A stretch of DNA of 64,000 bases, from positions 18,222,087 through 18,286,086 of the forward strand of contig CM119266.1 of NCBI GenBank assembly GCA_051294375.1, in the 5' to 3' direction. Origin of the DNA: Paraspadella gotoi (lineage: Eukaryota; Animalia; Chaetognatha). The notes under the pieces were generated by a model. The model had not been told where the DNA came from. It searched no databases and saw nothing but the letters and a program-made list of their open reading frames with translations. This document shows positions 40,701 through 51,815 of this stretch, piece after piece; position 1 is the stretch's first letter; each line of letters starts with the position of its first letter. A program made the position numbers and the translations under genes.

Positions 40701-43700
40701 ATGCTCTTTTGTCTTTTTTACTGACGCAAGAATTGCCAATTTTCAGCGATTACAGAGACATCTTTTATTTTAGACTTTGTTATATTATATATACTTAAGT
40801 ACAGATTCCGTGGTGGATTCTGATTGGTTCATCGGATTTGGATAGATTCTAATTACGATTTATCGATGTGAACTGTCAGATCTGTCATTCTTGCACCTTC
40901 TAGTTCTCTAGAAATCTCGGAATCTTTAGTTTTTAGAAACTATTTGGTAATTGCTGGATTGGTGGACTTTCTTGTGAGAGAAGCAACCTTTTTTGCTTCA
41001 GAAACAAGTAAGAAAGATTCTTTAAACTTTATATATATATATATTTGCTGAGTTTGTACTAAATGTTTTGTTATCCTTTGCCCAGGACTTCTAACTTCAA
41101 CTTCTTTTCAACTTCAACTCTTTACTTACTTACTTCAACTTTAACTCTTACAACTTTAACTTACAACTATTTGTAAAGTCCTGGGCTTCGCCTTTGCGGC
41201 CGAGACTGTCGTCCTCAACTATTGAGCGTCTTGGACCGGCGCCATCGTCTCCTCTGCGCCATTACGCCACAAATACCAACGCTTTATTTGGCGTAGAGTT
41301 AGCCCGGAAAAGTTAGCAAGTCAATGAAACCACTCTCCGAACTTAGTTCAAAACAGATGGTATCAGAAAAATATTCGATTCAACCGATGGGAAAGTATTA
41401 GAGAGCTTCAGACTTCATTTGGTGACTGTGATATTATTACCATGTTTAACCAGCGTAAAAAGAACTATTTCTAAGATCTTTATCTTCATCTTCTTTAATG
41501 ATTGAAATATTTTAATTGATAATTTGGACCTTTTTTGTCTGTGGTGGTGGTTTTCACGCAATCTTTAACATTGTTTTGTCTTTAGACTTAGCTTTATTTT
41601 GATGCTCCTGTATGTACTGAATCAACCTTGTTGAATTCGAAATAAAATGCATATATTAACGTCTCAACAGAAATGATTGACGTCATTAACGTCTATAACC
41701 GACCTGACTGACGTAATTAACTCCAATAGCGTCGAGCCATAAAACGTGAGTGGGTGGAATGTTGAGAGCGATGGTGTTTCTCGTCGCTGGGCAACCGGTA
41801 AAGAACGTTTGATACACCTGAGAAAAGGAGAAGGAAGAGAAATAGAATTAATAAAAAAGTTCATATCTAATATATTTCGTAATGCGTCACGTACAAGGTT
41901 GCACACGACAACCCTCCGCTAAAAATAAATCGTCATTTGCAAACTTGTAAAAATCTTTTTAATCTGACAAATTTTTTCTATAGTAAAAACCAAAATCATT
42001 TATCTATCCAAATTTTATATTGATTGGTTTTCATTTGAATTGGTAATGAGCAGAGAAAAGTTGACTTCAAAATCGTCTTTCATTTTAAAACTCAATTTTT
42101 TTTTCAATCTATTTTTTTTTCAATCTATTTTTTTAACTTTCTAAACATTTTTTAAATAGGTATCAATATTAATATATTCTAAATGAATAACATAATTAAA
42201 AATACTATTAATATAAAAATTAGCCTATCCAGGTGAAGTGAAAGTTTGGAATCAAAATTTAGCAGTTATATCTTGATAACTATTATATTAGTGAATACTA
42301 ATCTGTAATTGTTTTTTTTTAAATAATTATAGTAGCACAGTCAGCTTATTTTATATATAGTATTACCTTATATAATGTTAAAATTTCAAAATATTTTTTT
42401 CAATTCTGAAAACAGATTAAGATTCCTCATAAAAAGTTGGTAAAAGAAAATATAAATATTTTTCAAAAATTATATTATTAAATGGGTTAAAATTACAAAA
42501 AACTATATTTTTAAACTGGAAATTAAAAATCGGCGTCTTAAATATAGTTTTTTACATTTTTAACCAACTTCATGAAGGAATTTTTAAAAAAGAATTATAC
42601 TTTCTCATATCAACTCTTTGCAAGGAATCCAAATCCAATCTTAAAATTTAAAACTTTGCATTTGAAATTTTAGCTTATTATATACTTATTACTATGTATT
42701 AATATAGCTCACTGGTGCTCACTAATGTATAAAATTAAAAAATAAATTTAACAAAATATTTTTATTGGTTTTTATTTTCATATTTTATATGCTAAATTTA
42801 AATTTTTTTAAATTTTATTATTTTCACATCACTCTACTATCCAGGTAATCAAATCTAAGATCAATATAAATTAAAAATACTTAAAAAGCAGTTATGGAAT
42901 AATTATTAAATTATTGTTAGCCATTTTAATTTAGTTTTTCTCAAGGTTTTTTATGATACCTATATAAACAATTGGTTAGATCATTATAGTGAAAATTGGT
43001 CAGATATTTGAAAAAATATATTTTAAGATTTTATTATTTTAATTTTGATTACCTTGATTAAATATTAAATATTCTTAAATATGTCATTTTCTTCCAATTT
43101 CCAAAAGCTTTCAGAAGATATTAATATTGATACCTTTTAATGTAAAAGCTCTTTAAAAAATGTTCAGAAAGTTAGACAAAAAGATTGAAAAAAAAAAAGA
43201 TTTGAGTAAAATAAAAGACGATTTTTAAAGCAACTTTTTCCCGCTCATTGCCAAATCAAATCATAATTAATCAATATGAAATTTAGATATATAAAAGATT
43301 TTGGTTTTTACTNNNNNNNNNNTACCTATATAAACAATTGGTTAGATCATTATAGTGAAAATTGGTCAGATATTTGAAAAAATATATTTTAAGATTTTAT
43401 TATTTTAATTTTGATTACCTTGATTAAATATTAAATATTCTTAAATATGTCATTTTCTTCCAATTTCCAAAAGCTTTCAGAAGATATTAATATTGATACC
43501 TTTTAATGTAAAAGCTCTTTAAAAAATGTTCAGAAAGTTAGACAAAAAGATTGAAAAAAAAAAAGATTTGAGTAAAATAAAAGACGATTTTTAAAGCAAC
43601 TTTTTCCCGCTCATTGCCAAATCAAATCATAATTAATCAATATGAAATTTAGATATATAAAAGATTTTGGTTTTTACTACAGAAAAAATCTTTCAGATTA

Positions 43701-46700
43701 AAAAAATCTTCACAAGTTTGCAAATGACGATTTTTTCTAGCGGCGGGTTGTCGTGTGTCACCTTGTACGAACGATACGAAAAATCGTTTACGAAATTAAA
43801 CCCAAGTTTAATTTTGCTATGTGGTGCTCCTCCCCGAATTGACTTTCTCTCTCTTTCCCTCACCAAAGCCTCTACACACCCCCCACCATCCCTGAGACCT
43901 TCTCCACGGCCTTGACGTGTTCGGCTTTGCGAAGATAAACGTTGACGGCGACCAAGTGGCTCGTCGAGACCCCGTGGGCGTTGAGAGTCTGCGTCAGAGT
44001 CTCCAGCGCCGAACGCGTCGCCGACATCACGCCTGCCGTCACCGCTGCCTCATTGTGGTCGCCGTGAGAGGCGGGGAGGCGGCCTGGGGGGAATGGGAGA
44101 CAGAGACAATAGACCGGCTCCGTCACATTTAAGCCAGAACCGGGATACCCAGGATTTGAACCCGGGACGCACGGTTGTAACGAGATGCCGCATTTAATAT
44201 TTTCATCACCTTCGTCGTAACCATTGTGTCATCGTTACCTTTGTCATCACTTTAATCATTGTCCGGCATAAATAAAACTATTGTCAACCTAATACTTAAC
44301 TTATTAATTACCCCCGTTAATAGAATAAATGTCAACGTTATCAAGCTTACATGTAAATAGTTCGATGCTATAAGGAAATGTCTTAAAACTTTTTTTTGTT
44401 TTAAGAAGAATTAGTAGTTTTTCGGTTTTTTTTAAATTTACAAATACTAACTCATCTTACCCAGTCCAAAACCCCCGTCCTATGCCCCCCACCTCCCAAT
44501 TAAACCGCCACTCAAACCCCCACCTCCCCCCAAAAAAACCTTGTATCCCAGTGACGTGAAAGAATTCCCGATCGACGGCGACTTTGACTCTCTGCTCTAT
44601 TTCCAACTCATTTGTCGCCCGCGACTCAAGCGCCGCGTCGGCCTCGTCTGTCTCCATGGCCACGTCGGACGCCAAGTCGCAAGGGGGCGGTGGATCGTCA
44701 GGGGGTTGGGGGTCCTAAGACGGGGGAGGGAGAATGGGGCAGGAGGTTAGGAAAGTGAGGAGAGCAAGTTGAGAAAAAAGACGGATGGATTGAGGAAGAA
44801 ACGAAATGATGGACAGACAAAGGAACGGACAAAAGAAACGGAGGGACAGGAGGGCGAACTGACGGACGTAAGAAAAACTGACAAACGGAAGTAAGGAAGG
44901 GCAGAGAGGCTGAAGGTAAAATGAGCAGAAAAGAAAAGCAAAAAATTAACTAAGACAAAATAAAAGATTAAAAAAAGGGGGGAAATAACACCTGCGGCCA
45001 CCCACAAATCCCCCCTAAGGCCTAACCCCCCATTCGACTCACCGACGTGACATCCACGTCCGGTTCCGCCTTCACCTCCACCTTGACGTTTGACGATCCA
45101 CCTCTGCCAGACGTCGATCCAACCGGGGCGGCTCCTACTTTGCCTGACGGCTCTTCCTTCGTGACGGGCGGACTTCCATCCCCTTTGCTCGACGTGGTTT
45201 CCGAGGCCGGCGGCGAACCCTGCGTTGTCGCCTCTCCCGCCCCAGCCGCCGCCGAGGTCGAGGGGCGGGACTGACTGAGGTTTATGACGGGGGCGACGGT
45301 GGTGACAGGAGGGGTGGAGGAAGAGGAGGGGGAGGTGTTGATGGAACCCGTCAGAGGGCCGTTCGAGTGGGAGCCTGGGGTGGAACGGGGAAATAGAAAT
45401 TTAAATCGAACGAAAGCCGACTTGCCACTGTCAGTCCTCAGCCCCGTCTCAATCGCTCAGCGGGCTAAACCAGCCGTGCGTCAATCGTCTCAACCGTGCG
45501 TTAGTTAGTTCAATCCCTGGGCTTAAAAGTAACGGGACAGGTTTAAACATGCCAGTGACAGAAGGTGGTCACTGAGTGTCTGCTGTCCCTATGCCAGTAC
45601 TACTGGCAAACAAGCAGTATGTATTAAGAATTTAAGATACCCCGTGCCTTGAGTAATGGGTATCCAAGTCATAAAAGCCCCTTTTCCTAATAATCCCACA
45701 TTAATATCGGTCGGACCGATCCGCATTTATTTTCCTAGTCGACTTCCCCACCAATACCTAGTTAGCCACGCATAAACCGCTCATAACCAAATTTCCACCT
45801 TACCTTCGTTTCCCTAGTCCGCCCTCCCCTCTGCTCAATTCCCCCCCCCCTTTTCTCACTAGAAAAGACGTGCGAAGTGACGGGCGCTTCATCGTCTGAA
45901 TCTGCGTCGATCTCTCGCTGGACTTCGTCCGCCAAATCCATGCTGTTCTTGACGGGGAGTTTGAGAAGTTCGCGTCGGCTTAGTTTGTGACCGACTTTCA
46001 CCGCCAAGTGACACTTTTTCACCTAAATTCGATTCGGCCATTTAATGGTCACCCATCATACAGCGAGACCTTACCAATTGACATTACCTTGAGATATGCA
46101 ACTGGTGCGAAGGCGTCGTCGGAATGCATGACGATTTCTTTCTGGTCGATGACAATTCTCTTCTTAAAAAGAGGACAGTCGAGGGTAAGAGTCTCGTATT
46201 CTCCACCTTTAAAGAATATAAAGTTTTGTTAGTTATTTTTGGAAACGGTCGATCATATTTAATATTTATTAATTGCAATACATAACAAATGACTTTTCAA
46301 TTTTATTATACGACATGTATATAAAAAAACTAATTTTTTTTTTTCAAGCAATCAATGCCAATTTAATCGCAACTGTTTTGGATTAAAATAATGAACGGAA
46401 CCAACATTCGCCAGTCGAAGTCGAAGATAGTAATCAACAATAATACAACTCGACCCATTTGTCTCACAAGCGCTCACTCTCTTTCTTTCAAATCTCTCAC
46501 CCTCCCCGCAAACGTTGTTCCCGAATCGACCAGACATCCGGCGGAGATGATCCTTCAACTCAGCGATCGTCTTCCCCAAGTGGCGGGCGGGTTCGAGACC
46601 CAGAGCTGCCACTTTGATGAGAATGGCCTCAATGTTACAGCCGACCATCTCCTCGATTAGCTCGTCCTGGTCGCGCTGCCATAGGTAGGCTAGCGGGGTG

Positions 46701-47564
46701 AGTCCGAGGCGTGCGCAGACGTTCTCCACGCGGACGCGTTGGTAATCGCTGAGAATGGCGCCGACGGCCACTCCCTCCACGCCGCCGTCCACGCTGTCAG
46801 GTGAAGGTAAGGTTGTAATGGAGGCATGCGTTGGATTTTTTTATATCAGCAAATTAATTAGAAATTAAAAAAAATTCAGTATCCAACAAGTTACCTGTCA
46901 CATAGCAAACAACCAATATCCACTCGAGATACTTGAATGTTAAATTAGTTTTAGCTTGAATAACTTGACAATTTCGAACTAATAATCTTATTCCTTCCCC
47001 CGTCGCATGTTCTTATGCCGTCCAACATTAATACCCAAGATTAAGTCTCAATCCCTCACCTATCATTGACTTCCTTCAACAACGTGTAGAGATCCTCGAC
47101 CTCGTCCCCTTGCGTCGGCTCGTAGTCTTTCTCTACCGCGAGTCCCGACCCTTCAAGATCTCGGCGGAAGAGTGGTAGGTCCATTGCTTCAGCGTAGAGG
47201 TCGATCACCTCGTGACCGACCGTTTGGTACATCATCGAGTCCAATTCGTCGCGGTCAGAGGTTTTCGGTCTGAAGGGTTCAAGAAGGTCGTTAAAAAGTG
47301 AAAGCTTATTTCTTTCTCTCTCTCTATTTGGATTACTCATCTATTAGACTCCTACGTATCTTTGTCTCCATCTCTACTCTTTTTGTTACTACTCTTTTTG
47401 TTACTACTCTTTTTGTCCTTTCACAATCGTGATAATTATAACAACAAAAACTAAAATGTCAACCTGAGATTAGCGAGAGCGACAAGTTCGTGTCCCTCGG
47501 CGACGACGTTGATGAGATTGTAGCAGGAGTCCTTCCCGCCGCTTACAAGGCCGACCACACGCAT
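31250..47564 (-). CDS. DPH6: Diphthine--ammonia ligase with C-terminal RidA/YjgF-like domains; 16 exons, about 856 aa
   Basis: Exons 47564-47464, 47269-47060, 46793-46501, 46206-46088, 46022-45860, 45374-45043, 44714-44540, 44083-43899, 41817-41704, 39979-39815, 32503-32312, 32202-32116, 32031-31907, 31844-31727, 31577-31519 and 31382-31250 join into one open frame. Motifs: MRVVGLVSGGKDSCYN, ELDSMMYQTVGH, GAILSDYQRVRVENVC.RLGL, NVCGEGGEYETLTLDCPLFKK, LHVSSLSHWAPAN, VPELPKGA, LVPV. Confidence 0.93.
32602..33003 (-). mobile_element. Helentron-like element end carrying an 18-bp tandem array (GTCAACTGACATAATTTG, about 17-18 units)
   Basis: 32602-32634 is the reverse complement of the 3' end of the 16.7-kb element (GCAGATCCGA.ATTGTTTGCTCAAA). 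The array spans ~32660-32997; the ORF-track DQIMSV repeats are its translation. Confidence 0.75.
33670..34900. mobile_element. Probable non-autonomous DNA-transposon remnant
   Basis: Duplicated TTTATACCGAC and motifs ACTACTGGACC..ATTT...AAATTTGGTATG / AATTTCATGAAATTCG that recur in invertebrate non-autonomous elements; boundaries uncertain. Confidence 0.3.
36529..37521 (-). CDS. Seven-transmembrane, GPCR/chemoreceptor-like ORF (330 aa), nested in a DPH6 intron
   Basis: Seven hydrophobic segments: FLLVLIDLVMGLL; FLTCMIATAFFASLLGFGLYF; LFPLFAILTALRVCC (Arg at the end of TM3); IFLCLLILFLTASVPFF (TM4 S-x-P); FLFLMFISSLPFVSILLL; WVVFVATSLLHAVFLLL; FFFIVIPSIALLCFY. The frame is open upstream to 37590. 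Confidence 0.65.
   Translation of the reverse strand: MFLLVLIDLVMGLLHVTSLQIAIKQTSVSFLTCMIATAFFASLLGFGLYFEAFVDSLNKTRSRVSRGTELAKQLIFFQNERVRFFNLTANLFPLFAILTALRVCCKLIPKLIKKKYRIFLCLLILFLTASVPFFAYFCTRGELVKFLLKVKLTNFHDNRFNMTNSDVNNLRVSILFEFYRLTIFNESFLFLMFISSLPFVSILLLDPRPKTNRCWVVFVATSLLHAVFLLLSRFYLEPVAKSKTNQGAHLGEFIYHHYVGTQNTLFRQFLEDVKNCLYVKVEIDRCRHLKIDLVTLFFDVLDQRVTDFSHLGSFFFIVIPSIALLCFYGF
37349..38845 (-). CDS. XK-related (XKR family-like) multi-pass membrane protein, nested in a DPH6 intron
   Basis: 498-aa ORF with XK-type motifs ILDIGTDF (D..TD in TM1), FESYLQMLIQ (ES.xQ..xQ) and IISAAVSTVSFA. The last ~60-80 aa overlap the 7TM ORF out of frame. Confidence 0.7.
   Translation of the reverse strand: MAALQLFMLIVSNGISILDIGTDFHTISFYLNSPTVQVKYSGHAMLAVVVGHCLLSSIYGLLVLGKNKNRFPRIWNSNWKKHMTIVLFIFGLGNLPTSIDLYLDYKNEGNVVNIELAQKENFFLALNLIQMIFESYLQMLIQNFCFVSSLTRQTTENCLPYFGNSFTNPISSFSGTVVSKEGTSFTRLNISCKCNYNLVSNMFFCEWRIQNPFTIISAAVSTVSFAKTASNIRTSQYSRTGSKSRLKMLTISDILGTIQGTIGMSVSLYLIFINFAKYSEIFLIILPFLLLRVFSFVEFKQIIKIIFFNVNIKGSYIFQHHKNSDFMMIIMPLFSTLVLGYIYTYEKHKLICGNDFHFQSTVVNWGLAAIKIISSDIPHLKIHRSINIWRKEFIVCEVEIIQSDSQWDQLFSNDRTCLKQHSFSSKIPLGNFSFFHPPRKTYVSFGAHRSCHGIAARYFSPNRHKTNICILFDLYDRDCFFRLPSRVRSLLRGLRRLS
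39135..39750. mobile_element. MITE / fold-back element
   Basis: Ends TAGAGTGGAG ... CTCCACCCTA. The internal arm AACAGTATCATT...CTTATAAAATCATAAATTTTCAAAA (39247-39310) is the reverse complement of 39587-39650. Confidence 0.7.
40380..41646 (+). mobile_element. 3' fragment of a non-LTR retrotransposon (LINE), interrupted by a solo LTR
   Basis: Translates FYRSSNCLINILYKPSEEVLLKLFYTNCVPILLYGCEVKSFFTKDMNRINDG|IRKIF..FNRWESIRELQTSFG across the LTR. LLYGCE is a post-RT motif of LINE ORF2. Ends near AATAAA at 41641. Confidence 0.7.
40644..41355 (+). mobile_element. Solo LTR (712 bp) with 5-bp target-site duplication
   Basis: TGTT...AACA termini flanked on both sides by GATGG (40639-40643 and 41356-41360). 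Removing it restores the LINE reading frame. Confidence 0.85.
41894..43765. mobile_element. MITE with ~280-bp TIRs and TA target duplication (Tc1/mariner-type), with a nested fold-back element at ~42235-42836
   Basis: TA|CAAGGTTGCACACGACAACCC ... GGGTTGTCGTGTGTCACCTTG|TA; TIR homology extends to ~42175/43485. A second inverted pair lies at ~42330-42390 vs ~42660-42720. Confidence 0.8.
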
Positions 47565-48734
47565 GGTTTCAATTGTGGTTTTTGTTCTTATATTTTATAA
47601 TTTATTGAACCCGAGTTTGATGAATCCGACAAAAATTGTCACAAAGTCATGTTTGGCACAAAATTAATATAAAGGTCCTTCACCAATCCAAGTAACGTAA
47701 GATGATATCTTAAAAATAAAATTCACAAACAAATTTAGTTATTCCGATTAATATTTAGATATTTCATTGTAGTATAGTAGCTTTACAAATGAAACTATTT
47801 TTCTTATTCTGAGAAATTAGCTCATGTTTGATAGAAGATTGTTATTGACAAAGGTCTGGCTATTAGTTAGTAAGGATTTTAGGTCGGTCCGAACCATTTC
47901 TTAGCTCACAATATATCAAATAAATAATATAGATCAAATAGTAAAATATTCATAAAATATAAAAATATAAGGTAGTGTAACAAGTAATTTTGCAAATTTT
48001 TATGTATATATTATATAACCATTATTTATCTTGTGTAATACCATTAATGTTAACTTAAGAATACAACAAATAATGTAATTAACCACTATTGCTTCTCTCA
48101 TTAAATTAAGCTTATTAGATATTAATTATTCAAAATTATTTAGTATAATAGCAACAAGAACAATGCGAGCATTCTACCAATAACCACAAGGTCAATAAAT
48201 GATATATAAGACGACCCCATGCCCCCCCGTCAGACTTTAGATAAAAATTACATTGTGTATCTATTGTCTATCACAATCGTAATAAAAACAACTGAAACTA
48301 ACAACGAATCCTAAACCAGAGTCAATCCGATTCATTTTTACTCGCGTGGTTCCCTTCCGACTCCTTCGATCCAAAAACATCCAAAAACAACTTCGTTCTT
48401 TTTGTTTTGTTCGATCGTTTTTCCCAGTAAATCAAAGCCGGGAAGGAGCTGCAGCCTTTCAGAGAAGTGTAGCAGAGCCAAGGAGAGCGGAGCAGAGCGG
48501 GTCTGGGTTCTGCGAGCGGTTAACCAAGAACTTTGTGTGTGAATGCTCGCGTCTTTTTAGCCTAGCTCGATTTGTATTCTCTCGCATCAAGAGATTCAAG
48601 ATTTGAGACTCAAGTTTTTGTCTGACACATTTGCTTTTCGTAACGAATTGACAACGTACAAAATTCGTTAAATTCATTTTTATTTTTCGTCAATTCAGTC
48701 AGATAATCGGAAACAGCGATCGGAACATCTGAAG
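47565..48734. promoter_or_regulatory. Divergent promoter region between DPH6 (-) and a putative non-coding first exon (+, ~48340-48734)
   Basis: DPH6 ATG at 47564. A GC-richer segment ends in the strong donor GAAG|GTAAGG at 48734/48735; candidate acceptor TTTACTCAG| at 51149 upstream of the ATG at 51171. Confidence 0.45.
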
Positions 48735-49863
48735 GTAAGGGCTTAATGGGAGGAAAATGTCTCAATTTTTCATATTATGCAAGCGGAAAAAAGTTGGTAA
48801 TCATCCATAAAAAATATTTTAACTTGTTATTTAACATATTTGCATTGACTCCCGAGCCACTTTTATCCATGAGAGAAAAGAAACGCCTTCAACAGATTGA
48901 CAACCTGCCAAGAATCTGAGAGAACCGAAAAAAGGAGAAAAAGAAGAAATGGTGAAGAGGAAAAAAAAGACGAAAAAATCCGTGAACAAGCCCAAAACCG
49001 ATGAAAATAAAACTAAAACATAAAACGCAATCTACTTCAACATCCACAGAAACTTTTCAATAATTATAGAAAAAAATCAATAAAAAATATAGATTAATAA
49101 AAATTCATAAATTCATATCAATAAAAATTTTATATTGGTTGTACCAATTTCATATCATAATACAAGAATACAAGAAATAAATAGCCACGGGTCCTCGACA
49201 TATCGTCTGTCTAAAACGTAGAAAGCCCAAAAAACTAAGCACAATTAAATTTGGTTGTGAGCAAAAATTTCAAGAGACGAATGAATAATTCGCCGGAGGC
49301 CAGCTCAGGCAACTACCTCTCTTGATGTCACAAATAAAGTTGTTCCCAATCTTTCAAAACCTTTTAAAACCTTTCATATTTAACAATCTTTTATCATCAA
49401 CAAGTTTACTTTTAATGTTCGCGAGTTTTCAAAAAAACTTTTCGATGACTTTTCGTTTCGTTCATTTTCCGTCTCCTCAGTTTTAATTTCCCATTTCACA
49501 ATTTCCTTTCGTTCAGCGTCTTCCATTGAGACTTGTCTCCCTCGACCTCTTCCCCTGTCGCGATCAGAATGGAGAAAAGAAATCGCGATGGATCCAGTAA
49601 AGACTTCGACTCTCTTCCTCTTCCTCCTTTCACCAAAGACCAAAGCAGAGCAGAAAAAAAATCTCTCTCACGGATTCACTTCCCATATTTTTTCCTTTTT
49701 CTCTCGCCCGGAGGAAGAAAGTCGCTCCGTGCCTCCCTTTCCTTTTTGTTCTCTGCCTTCACCAGGAGAGAGAGCGAAAGAGAAAGTCTCGTGAAAACTA
49801 AAAGAAAGAAAGGAGAGAGAGAAAACTCTGGACCGATGGCAGAGAATCTCTCCTCAGTCGGAG

Positions 49864-49963
49864 CCAATGGATGAGAGAGAGGGAGAAGCAGGACTTTTCT
49901 TCATAAAACTTGAGTAGCTTCCTCGACCAATGAGAAGCGCGAGAAGGGAGGAAACGGACCAAT
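49864..49963 (+). promoter_or_regulatory. Three CCAAT boxes (NF-Y-type) spaced 63 and 32 bp; possible alternative promoter
   Basis: GCCAATGG 49863, ACCAATGA 49926, ACCAATAG 49958; donor-like AAAGTAGGTT at ~50125-50134. Confidence 0.45.
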
Positions 49964-51170
49964 AGGCGTAACGAATGCCTCGTTCAAAAGAGACCAAGCC
50001 ACTGACGAGAAAAGGGAGAAAAAAAAGAGTTTGTTCTAAAGAGTTTTCTTACTTTTCTATCTCTGCCTGCTCGTCTTATTTTCCTCCGTTCCTTCCTCAT
50101 CCTCGTCCGAACGCGAGTTTGTCAAAGTAGGTTAATTCTTCTTCTTTCATTTTTCTCCTTCCTCTTCTCGTACTTAATGATCTTCCTCCTCCCACCGTAA
50201 AAAAACGCTTTTCGACTCCTCCATAACTTGTTCCTCTCTGCCTTCCGCCCCCTCCTCTCCCCCCTCCTCTTCCTACTCCTCCGTCACGGCATCAGCGAGT
50301 TTTTCTTTGGCAATGAGAGAGATATGGCATCAACGGTCGAGGAGAGAGAAGAGAGAGTTCGACTATGTGCTTTCTCGTCTTCAGCTCCGCTTTTGCTAAG
50401 TTGGCACCAACGATTTTATAGCGCGTGAAAGCGTAACAATGAAATAGCGGAGAGTAAGCGACGTTACGTTGAACGGATTATGGAAGAGGGGGCAGAATCG
50501 AGACGCGCGCGTTCTTGCGAAAAAAAAGAGGATTCCTGCCACCAACTTCAATGGTAATGAAATATCTTGCAGCCAACTTCCCCATGGCACCTCTGCGATT
50601 TTCTTCGAGGCCAGGAACTTTGCCTCAAACGTCTTCTTGGGACGAGATCTGTTTTTCAAAAGAAATAACATCTCGAAATCGATAGCAAAACAAAAATACT
50701 TGAGCATTGCAAAGATTTCAACTGCAAGAAAGAACGAATTTTCTTTCGGTTGTATTTTGCGAACGACGGATCGCGAGTCAACTTTGTGACGGATTAACTT
50801 TCTTTTGGTGCGGGGCAAGATTATTCTAAACTTTGAAGAAGTGATTAAAAAAACTTTTGACAGCTATTTTTGAAATCACTCGTCTTTGACTTTGCTGCTG
50901 ATCGTCAAATAAGAGCACGAAGTTTGGCAAAAAGTTTTTAAATGTCGCGGCTTACTTTAAAGATGTGTTGAACATCTTTAATCCCTTGCATTAGATTGAA
51001 TATAGAAATATGATAATTTTTTTAATCTTTAAAATAATTTTTTTCTGCTCCACATATTTAAGTAGTGGAATCAATGTTTTTATTATGTCGTAATGTCGAC
51101 ATCTATATTAACATATATTAAAACCCCCAATAAAACTTCCTTTACTCAGCTTCCGCTCCTCAGCAAGAAA

Positions 51171-51815
51171 ATGGCGTCGCACGTCCAACTCCTCGACATC
51201 ATGGGTCAACTCCAAAACTTGGAAATATCCCTGGTGAACCTTTTCATCGAATCGGCGCTCCGCCTAGCGGGCGTCATAAACGCCAAGTTCTTTATCATCG
51301 TGGAGACTGAGTCGTACGGACGCCGCGTCGCCGGATGCGACCAACTCTGCGCGGATTTCGTCTCCGGAAGACTAAAGGCGACGCCGGGTGACGTCCGCAC
51401 GCAGCTCGTCGACGCGGACGTCATTCCCGTCGCCGAATACCCGCTGACGGCACCGGCCATTCTCGGCGGCATCGTCCACGGCGTCGCGACGCCGCTGCCG
51501 CCTCCACCAACGACTGGATTCGGATCTAAAACTCGGAAGCGAACGGCGCCGACGGACGACAATTTCCTGATTACCAACGCTTCGCCTTTAACAGCTTCTT
51601 CCTCAAAAAGACCAAAGATCGAACCGGAGGAGGAAGCATCTATTTCAAACGTTAAGACCGAAACCCCCGAAGAGGGGGTGGACGTAATCGAACTCCTCGA
51701 AGGCAGCGACGGAATTCAAAACGTCACTGTTTTAGACGACGACGATGATGATGACATTTTGTTCGACTTTGAAGGTTCAGATGCAGAGTCCTTTCAACTT
51801 CCAGCCGGGCAACAG
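51171..51815 (+). CDS. Common (constant) coding exon, 215 aa: degenerate MADS/SRF-like N-terminal domain plus Pro/basic/acidic linker; putative nuclear regulator
   Basis: AAAATGG start; GC-rich coding composition stops abruptly at the phase-0 donor CAG|GTGAAT (51815). NLS-like KTRKR and KRPK, SUMO site VKTE, SIM-like VDVIEL and VTVLDDDDDDD. Confidence 0.8.

Noticed and set aside
42955-43677. Exact ~355-bp direct duplication
   Set aside because: Identical copies on either side of a 10-N gap; contig-overlap artefact.
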